A DNA stretch of 63,813 nt, counting the filler, from Chrysochromulina tobinii (taxonomy: Eukaryota): NCBI GenBank assembly GCA_001275005.1. It is 8 parts of 8 records of this genome, joined end to end, with 100 filler letters (N's around TTAATTAATTAA, not from the genome) between each part and the next. Parts side by side here need not be neighbours in the genome. Positions count along the whole stretch, not along the records: positions 21,883 to 36,344 come from JWZX01001083.1; positions 36,445 to 50,598 come from JWZX01001084.1; 6 more parts are not named here. One strand, given 5' to 3'. The notes below the pieces were generated by a model. That model saw nothing but the letters and a program-made list of their open reading frames with translations. It searched no databases and was not told where the DNA came from. Shown piece by piece: positions 32,888 to 41,800 of the stretch (its first letter is position 1; each line of letters begins with the position of its first letter). Both the position numbers and the translations under genes were made by a program.

Positions 32888-35077
32888 TTAATAACTGGCC
32901 GGCGCAACCTCTCGCGCTTGCATCTTGAACGTAGAGGCCATACGCTCGATGAGCAAGGGTGGTGTGGGGCAGATGCCGTATCTGCTCGCGATCTCGCTCG
33001 CGATCTCAAAGGTCAGCCTCGTGCGCTGCAACGGCAGCCCTGGCACCAGGAGCACGCGTTTCGCTTCAATCGGCCCTGAAGGCCCCTCCTGCGAAAATTC
33101 ATGACGCCCAACGACGAACTCAAGAACGGGCGTGGCGTCGGTCCCGCCGATGGGGCCGTCGCTGCCGACTTCCTGAGCGCCGTCGTGGGCTCGATCTGCG
33201 CCGTATTGAGCGCTCGAGACGGCGACGCCCTCGGAAGCGCCTTCGGTCCATGGGCCTGCCCACACGATCACGGTCAGCTCCTCGGGGAGCGCCTCGCGCA
33301 CGAGCATCGAGATGAGGGCGACGCGCACGAGGCACTCAGCGTCCGTGGTGGCAATGCGCCCCGGATGCAGCAGCATGGAGACACACGGGACGGCACTGAG
33401 CGCAATGGGCACTTCGGGCATCTTCGGCAGCGAAGCCCGTCCGACTCCATGGCGACGCCCACCGCCGCCGGCGGAGGTGGCGTCAGCTGCCCGGAGGACG
33501 CTGACTGCGTGATCGTAGACCGGCGCGAGCGTCGCGTCCTCGGGCGGTGGCCAAGGATCCTCTCGCTGTATGATCGGCAGTGCAAAGTTGGTCGGGTCGA
33601 GTGTGGCCGAAGGGTCCGAAGCGAGCGCGGCGTCGAGCGCCAAAAACGGTGCCACCAATTCAAATGACCCCTCAGTGGAGAAGCTGGAAAAGGGTGTGGG
33701 GGGGCCGTCCTCTTGGCAGGCCGACACGAGATTCTCGATCATCCCTCGCACCGACGATGCGAACGCGCGCGGCGAGGTACTCTGCAGATACTCCTGCACG
33801 CGCCGTGCAAAGGGCCAGCGCGGCGCGGGCGACGTCTCCGCCGCACGGCTCGCGAGCAGCTCGAGTCGATCCTGCAACATCTCGCGCTCTTCATGCCGGT
33901 TCCAATCACGCTGCACGCGCCCGCCTCCGTCGTAGCACCCCTTCCAAGTCACCCAGAGCGTCGCGCCTGCGCCGTACCCGTCGACCTCGGCTCCCTGGAA
34001 TGAGGGAGGCGATAACGCACTCAGTGGCTCGGTGACACAGTGAGCCTCCGTGGGCATCCGTGGCTATCTGAAGCTATCAGCAGCAATCGGTGGCCATCGG
34101 GAGAGCTCACCTGCAGCGGGCCGAGCTTCGCTGGGCGGCAAAAGTCGCGCCGGCCGAGCGGCGGCAGCAGCTGTTTGCGTCCGTCGATCGGGATGACCTG
34201 ACAGCCAATCACGGAGAGAACATCAGCGTACAAGGGGGAAGGCGATCAGCATGCCATGGAGAGAGAGAGAGAGAGAGAGAGACCACCAACATGCCATGAG
34301 GACGCAATCAGCATGCGATGCGAGGACATAATCGGGCTCCTCGATTCTCACCGAGCATTGGCCGAGATCAGCGAGGCGCGGCCGGCCATCGGCGGTGATC
34401 AGCAGCTGCGCGGGGTGGATGTCGTGGTGGATGAGTCGTGCGCACTGCATGCTCCAGCAGGCGTGAAGGAGCGCGACGCTCGTAAGCAGCCCGAATGAGA
34501 GGAACTTGAGCGGGTGCGCGTCCTGGAAGCTGAGCAGCATCTCCCGCTCAGCGCCGTCAGCATGCTGGATCAGTTGTTTGAGCGAGCAGCACGCGCGCTC
34601 CATGACGAGGTACACGTAGCCGTCATCCTGGAAGGCGCAGTAGAGCTGCAGCACAAAGGTCGAGGCGGCCGAGAGCTTGGCCATCGCCGCGACTTCGTTC
34701 TGCAAGTGCAACGTGTGCGCCACTACACGATGGAACGACGGCTCCTTGCCTTTGCCCGTCGTGAACACCTTGCTCACGATCTTGACAGCGAGCGAGAAGT
34801 AGGGATCTGCCGGGTCCTCGGTCAGAGCGACCACCACGCCGTGCCGGCCACGGCCAATGATGAGGCCGTGGGTGACGGCGAGCAGGGTGGCCCGGTAGAG
34901 CCGATCGTGCTCGCGCTCGGAATCGAGCCCGAGTGCCGCTCCCGCCGGCGTCGAGACCGAGCTCTCCGGCCATATCGCTCGCCGCCGATTGACGGTGCTG
35001 CGGTGGTGCGACCGGCGCTTGCGATGATGGTCGCCATAGCCGTCCGAGGAGGATGCGGCGACAGAGGCGGACGCCAT
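32888..35077 (-). CDS. Divergent AGC-like Ser/Thr protein kinase (possible pseudokinase) with a long C-terminal extension, 3 exons
   Basis: IGRGRHG, AVKIVSK, NEVAAM, AFQDDGYVYLVME, HHDIHPAQ and ADLG. Introns 34198-34351 and 33995-34110 join DLGQCS|VIPIDG...GRRDFCRP...LQ|GAEVDGYGAGATLW (subdomain IX), which merges ORFs 34223..35077 and 32888..34057. Confidence 0.75.
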
Positions 35078-35730
35078 TTGTGTCGTCGAAAATGTGTAGC
35101 GAAAAGGTCAGCCGGAACGCTGGCAGTGTGTTGCGCGGCAGCGGTGCGCGCGCGCGCTCTTCGTGCGTCGAAACGAGCTACCGGTACCTTTGCGACACGG
35201 GTGCAAACTTTTCGTCTTGTGCGTCCCAGAGCGCCAAAGGGCGCGGCGCTCCAGGGCGCAGCCCTCATCGCGCTCCGTGCGCGCGGCGGCGCGCGCTCCG
35301 TCGCTTTTCGCGCACAGCGCACCGCCTTCGCACACGGAATCGAACGAGTCCGCTCAGGTGCTTTCCTCCACGGTGCCCCTCGGGCACTCCTGCATCTCCG
35401 TCACTCGCCTCCCTCTGTCTCTCGCACGACTGTGCGTGTTGCACGCGTGCCTTTCCGCAGTCGCGCCGCCGCCGACCAGTTCGCCTCCCTCATCTCCACC
35501 CCGTGCGCTTCCCTGCCACGTGACTGCCCAATCCTGAGACCCCGAGCTGGGCTGTGCCTCTCTCAAGGGCCTGCGACTCTCCGTTCGCGATGAGCTTCGG
35601 AGCGACATGCCGCACGTGTTACACCTCATTCCTTCCGAGCTTGCAGCAACGTTATGGTCCCATATCTCCATGCTGCCGAATGCTCACGCATGCATCCTAA
35701 GCTTATCATCTTCTCTCTGTGGTTCGCAGG

Positions 35731-36344
35731 ATGATCGCGACGCTCATCAAGTGTGTAGCGGAGAAGACCAGCGCCCACAGAAAGGCAGTCTACTCGGTCG
35801 CCTTTTCCCCGGACGGGACCAAGATTGTCTCTGGTTCATGGGACAAGACGATCAAAGTCTGGGATTCGGGTGCGCCTTTGCCATCACATCGCGCCTCCTT
35901 GGCCAAAACTGACGCCTGCTGGCTTGTCTGGCAGACAAACTGGAACTGTTGAGCGAGAAGACGAACGCGCACAGCCGCGTGATCATGTCGGTGGCGTTTT
36001 CCCCGGACGGGACCAAGATCGTGTCCGGATCGGCTGACGGGACGATCAAAGTCTGGGATTCGGGTGCGCCGCGAGCTCAAAATTGCCCCTCCTTGGCCAA
36101 AACTAACGCTTGTTGGCTTGTCTGGCAGACGACCTGGAGCTGTTGAGCCTGAAGACGAGCGCCCACAGCCGCGAGATCACGTCGGTGGCGTTTTCTCCGG
36201 ACGGGACCAAGATTGTGTCGGGATCGTACGACAAGACGATCAAAGTCTGGGATTCAGGTGCGCCGCGATCTCTCAAATCGCCCCTCCTCGGCCAAAACTG
36301 ACGCCTGTTGGCTTGTCTGACAGACGCGCTGGGGCTGTTGAGCG
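35731..36344 (+). CDS. WD40-repeat protein, one repeat per exon (3' partial)
   Basis: AH...[24 protein letters not shown] x3. Exons 35935-36063 and 36129-36257 are 129 nt each. Phase-1 introns lie at 35870-35934, 36064-36128 and 36258-36323. Confidence 0.9.
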
Positions 36345-36444
36345 NNNNNNNNNNNNNNNNNNNNNNNNNNNNNNNNNNNNNNNNNNNNTTAATTAATTAA
36401 NNNNNNNNNNNNNNNNNNNNNNNNNNNNNNNNNNNNNNNNNNNN
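36345..36444. other. Artificial contig linker
   Basis: N-TTAATTAATTAA-N. Confidence 0.97.
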
Positions 36445-38234
36445 GGCGCTGCCGCTGCCACCGCCGGCGCTGCCGCTGCCACCGCCGGCGCTGCCGCTGC
36501 CACCGCCGGCGCTGCCGCTGCCACCGCCGGCGCTGCCGCTGCCACCGCCGGTGCTGCCGCTGCCACCGCCGGCGCTGCCGCTACCACCGCGGCTGCCGCT
36601 GCCGCTGCCACCGCCGGCGCCGGCGCCGACGCCGCCACGGCAGACACGGCTTGCTCCGCTCTCGCGGGAGCCGCCGTGGCATTTGGCGTGGTAGCGACGC
36701 GCAAGGCAGCCACCATCGCGGTGTCGGTGAGTGTGGCAGCGTCGGGCGTTGAAGTGTTGGGCCGTGGAGAAGCAGCGATGATGGGAGTGTTCGTGACCGA
36801 AGCTGTGGGAATTCGAGCAGCAACCGCCCAAGTGGCAGTGGGGCTAGTCGCTGCAGCAACAGGGGCCGCTACGACGATTGCTGCCGGGACGACGGCAGCG
36901 GTGTTCGGGGCGGCGGCGGCGGCGGGAACGGCGGCAGCTGACGTCGCGGTTACGGCGGGGGCTGCGGAGGTGGCGGCAGGGACAGTGGCGGTGGCTACCG
37001 CCGGGACGGCAGCGGAGGCTGCAGGGACCGTGGCGGCAGCGGCGGCGGTTGTAGCGGCAGCGGCGGCGGCAGTGGCGGCAGTGGCGGCGGCTGTGGCGGC
37101 AGTGGCGGCGGCTGTGGCGGCCGGTACGCTTGCAACCAGGACAGCCGCAGCTCCGGTGGCAGGGAGGGAGGCTGTGGTGGCGGCGGCGGTGGAGGCTGTG
37201 GTGGCGGCGGCGGTGGCGGCTGTGGTGGCGGCAGCGGTGGCGACGGCGGGTGCAGCGGTGGGCGCGGCGGCGGTGGCGACATTTCTGGGCCCCGAGGTGG
37301 ACGCCGAGGTGTTCGCCGACGCATTGGCATCAGACGCATTGGCCTCGGACGCGTCGAGCTCGGCGACCGCATCGAGCTCGAAGGGGTCGAGCCCGCCCTG
37401 GTAGATCCAGCCGTTGGAGACGCAATAGGCGGGGCAGTTGCACCCGCTGAAGTTGCCCTCCTCGTCGAAGAAGTCATACTCTGGGAACTGCTCACCCTCG
37501 TCGCCTTGGTCGTTGCGATACCACCACGGGTCTTCCTCGCCCTCTTCATACGCTCGCGTGCCCCTCCAGTACTCGTCCATGCCGGTGAAGTTGCCCGTCT
37601 CGTCCCACGCCCGGCTCACGTTGCCCCAGTCGATGGGTGCACCGTCCTCGTCGAACGACTCGTTGAACCGCGTGTGGTACTCACTCGCGTCTTCCTGCGA
37701 TGACGGATATCCGTCCTCTAGAGGCGCGCACTCGGCATACTTGCGCCCGAATGAGCCCTTGACGAAGGTATCCGTCGCGGAGCACGCCTCGGTGACATAG
37801 CACCAGGGCGCCTGCATCTCGTACTCCCAGCCGTAACAGTATGCGCCGAAGCCGTGGTCGTTGCTGTAGCCGCTGCACTGGCAGCCCGAGCCTGGACCGG
37901 CACCGCCCGTCCAGTGCCGCCGCTGAGCCCACTGCGCTGAGTTCGCGGTGCGGCTCGCGTCGATGAGCAGCTCGACCATCGAGCTCGGCAGGATCATGAT
38001 GCGGAAGAGCGCGGTGTGGTTGACCGGCCGCGTCGCCGTTGCTCGCAGCCTGCCGTCGTGCGGAGATACCTCCAGGTACTTGCCCGCGTGCGCCGAGCGG
38101 ATGGCGACGATTTCGCCCTCCTTGGGCAGGAAGGTGCGAATGCTGCTGTCGCCCGTCGTGGCCACGGCCGTGAAGAGTAGTAGGCCGCCGCACGCGATGG
38201 CCGAGGCGATGATTAGCTTCTTGGACATGGACAT
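36445..38234 (-). CDS. Secreted or type II membrane protein: fascin/beta-trefoil-like motif, Cys-rich kringle-like motif and a low-complexity stalk (3' partial)
   Basis: N-terminal hydrophobic segment, VAIRSAHAGKYLEV, CQCSG...CYGWE...PWCYVTEAC, an acidic region, and an Ala/Thr-rich (Pro-rich in an alternative frame) tail ending in 21-bp repeats. Confidence 0.6.
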
Positions 38235-38336
38235 GACGTGGAGCTAACTTTTAGACTTGCAGTCCTCCCTTTGCTTACACCATGGCTGTGAACCGCTAAA
38301 CCGTAAACGCGGGCTTTCCACTCAAACTCCGAAACA

Positions 38337-38483
38337 TATACATGCAAAATATCAAGATACATGTATTCTCTTGAGGAATGTAACAGGGCATTTAAGATAC
38401 ATTTGAGATACATCAGGATACATTAGGGATACATGTATCCTTCAGGATACACGCAGGATACATCACGATACATGTCCCCCCCT
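38337..38483. repeat. Cluster of GATACA(T) motifs ending in a C-run; possible MITE or DNA-transposon end
   Basis: About 8 copies of gataca(t/c) at 38356-38473, followed by gtccccccct. Confidence 0.55.
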
Positions 38484-38855
38484 AACCCCTGCCGGGGCCT
38501 GAGTGTCCGGATCAACATCCCACATCTACATGTATCTACGACAACGAACGACAACGCAACCAACGGATCATGCCACGAATCAACTGGGCGGGAGGGCCGA
38601 GTTGGCGATGCTGAGTGGGAGTGCACGCCTGGCCTGCGTCGACGACAACGAATCGTTAAGAGGGGGCTTCAATACCTCTGCGATGAAACTACCGTACTCA
38701 ACATCGAAACAAAACTGGCACGAGAAGAACAAAAGGCCCAAACGCTGCCAAGGCACGCGAACTAGACAGTCGGGGCGGAGTAGTGATCGGCAACGGGCAA
38801 CGCCGCGTCGCCTCCGCGTCGCCCATACCCGCGCCACGACTGCGACCCCCGGCCG

Positions 38856-41800
38856 ATGGCGAACCCGAGTGTGTTGATGGGGTCGTCCCATGAAGACGCT
38901 AACAGTATCACAAGCCCAAGACTGCACGACCTATCCGCTGACGCGGCACTCCTGCGTTACCACCTTGGGATCCCGGAGAGCGCGAATCTAGCGCAGACTA
39001 TCGAAGAGGCGTGCAAGATTCTTCAGCTTGCCGGAGAACTCAGGGAGGAGCCAAGCATCGTCGTCAAGGCGGAGCGCTGTTTAGCAGTTCTTGAAAGCAA
39101 GATCGAAGGTCACAACCAACGCTCGAAGACGGCTTGGGGGCTAGCCGTGCATCAGGAGCCACGGCGCACGTGCCTGTGGCTCGTCGATTCGCCTGCAATT
39201 AATAACCTCGTGTTGGTCGTGATCCTTGCAAATTGTGTTCTCATGGCGATGGACGTGCCAACCGGCGTCTCGCCTGAACTCGGCATTTTCATGGAGAGGG
39301 CCAACCATTTCTTCCTGGGCTTTTACACGCTGGAGTTGCTCGCGCGCGTGGTCGCGCTTGGTTTGCACTGCGAGCCCGGCGGCTTCTTCAGCGACCCGTT
39401 CACCGTCTTTGAAGGGTCCATCGTTGTCGTCAGCTGGATTGTGCTTCTGGTACCCACTGACACCCACGCCGTGCGCTCGATGATGCGCTGCTTCCGCTCA
39501 CTGCGCATGCTCTTTGTGCTGAAGGAGATCCCGGGTATGTCCGAGCTCTTCAATACTGCGCGCCAGTGCATCCCGTCTGTTGGGAATGTCGCGGGTTTGG
39601 CCTTCGGAATTCTCTTGATCATGGGAGTGGCCGGCGTGCAGTTCTTCCGAGGCGCCTACCACTTCCGCTGCGCAGACGAGGGTATCACGGCGTATGCACA
39701 CTCGCACCACTTGCCGCTGCGCGTGCGTGGTCATCTGCAACTAGACGACCAGCCGGCACCAGAGGGCGATTTCTCTTGGCAGCAGCGCTTCGACACAAAG
39801 GGCATCTTTTGCTTCAGCCAGCATGATCGCTGTCCAAAAGGCACGGTGTGCTACGAGTTCGAGAACAACCCGGCTGGGGAACTGTCCTTTGACTCCACCT
39901 TGAAGGCTACGATTCCGGTCCTGCTGACGCTCATGATCGATGGCTGGGCAGAGCAAATGTTCAACCTGATGGATGCTGTCGGCTGGTCTGCAGTGCCATA
40001 CTTTGTCATCATGGTCACGTTTGGAGGCTTCCTTGTGCTCCAGCTCTTCCTCGCCGTCATCTCCGACACGTTCGTCTGCATCGAGCAGCAGCGACGGGCG
40101 CGCGGTCCCCGTGAAGACGTCGTCGCGAGCTTTTTCGATATCACCGATCCCGATGGCGACGGCCTAAACCATGGTGAGCTGATGAACTTCCTTCGCACCG
40201 AGGGCGACATTTACCATTCATTCGACACGAACCAGGATGGTCAGGTGAGCGCCGGGGAATTTGAAGAGGGCGTCAAGAAGGTGTTCAAGTCCTTAGACAC
40301 CAACCAGGATGGCAGGCTAAGCCGCGCAGAGATTGAGCAGGGCATGAAGAAGTTACTGTCCACGAAGGAGTTACGATCCACACGATCTTCTGGTAGCGTT
40401 CATGGCGGAGCAGTATTGCAACCAGGCAACGCACCCATGGGCGGCTTGATCGAGCCACCCAGGTCGCAGAGTATGATGGCAGCGCTGACGAAGCCCATCG
40501 AGGCCCTCGTCACAGCTCCATACTTCATGTACTCTGTCAATCTCCTCGTCTTGTCAAACCTGGTGATCATGGCGTTGCCATACCACAATGAGCCGATCGA
40601 GCGCACGCGACTGCTGGAGGATATTTCGAATGTGCTCTCATGCATCTTCATCGCCGAGTTTGGGCTCAGGAACGTGGGCCTAGGCTTGAAGCGCTACTGG
40701 GGCAATCCATGGAACGTAGTGGACGGCTCGCTTGCCGTCCTCTCAATCGGAGAGTTCATGCTGCAGAGCGTCGCAAGCCACGGACTCACCCATGGAGAAG
40801 ATCCCTCGAGCTTCATCTCGACGATCCGACTGCTGCGGATCGTTCGTGTCGTGCGCACGATACGTTTGGCTCGAGAATGGCCGACGATGTACCGTAACAT
40901 TCTAGCCTTCGTAAGGGCCATCCCCCAGGTCGCCAACTTGCTCATCCTCATGTGCTGCGTGGTGTTCATCTTCGCGATCGTGGGGATGCAAGTCTTCGGC
41001 CTCACTAACCTCTCGGCACGGCGCGACTCTCACTCGCATTTCGAATCTTTTGGTGCGGCGGCGCTGACCGTCTTCGAAAGCTTTGCGATCGACCTTTCGG
41101 ATGTGGCGCGAGCGTGCTACGAAGCCGCCGGCTTGTTGCCGACCATGCTCTATTTTGTCCCAGTGCTCGTGATCGGCAAACTGGCGCTCATGAACCTCTT
41201 CGTGGCAATTCTGCTAGATGCCTTCAGAAACAACGTCGGTGAGAAGGAGTCTGATGAGTCTGAACAGCTTCAATCATCGTTGAGCCCAAGGTATGAACCC
41301 ACTTCGATCATTGATGAGCCCAAGGCGGACGCTGATGCTAAAGCAAAGCTCATCGGGTCCTTTGACGCTGAGGCTGCGGAGAGCGGCAGAGCAGGAGGTG
41401 CTGACAGCGAGTTTGACGAGCAGCGGATGACGCTGATGCAAAGACTGGCCAGCCAGCAACAAAAAATGGCCGGTGTCTTCTCTCGGCTACTGCGTTGGAC
41501 GAGGCACCCGTCAATAGATGTCCCACTCGAGCTTGAGCTCCTCACCACAGACTCGAAAATGCGCGATACTGCCGCTGCTATCGTCTCTGATTACCGGTTT
41601 GAGATCGTCATCACCTTCCTCATCGTGGTCTCCACCTTCTGCCTCGTGCTGGATGGACCACGTCAGGAGCCCAAGTTCCTGTGCTCGGACTTCCCTACGG
41701 ACTCAAGTGAGTACGACGAGTGCGCAAACGCCACCCTGAAGCCTTACCTCGAGGTGGCGAACGTCTGCCTGACGATCATCTTTACGCTCGAGGCATCCCT

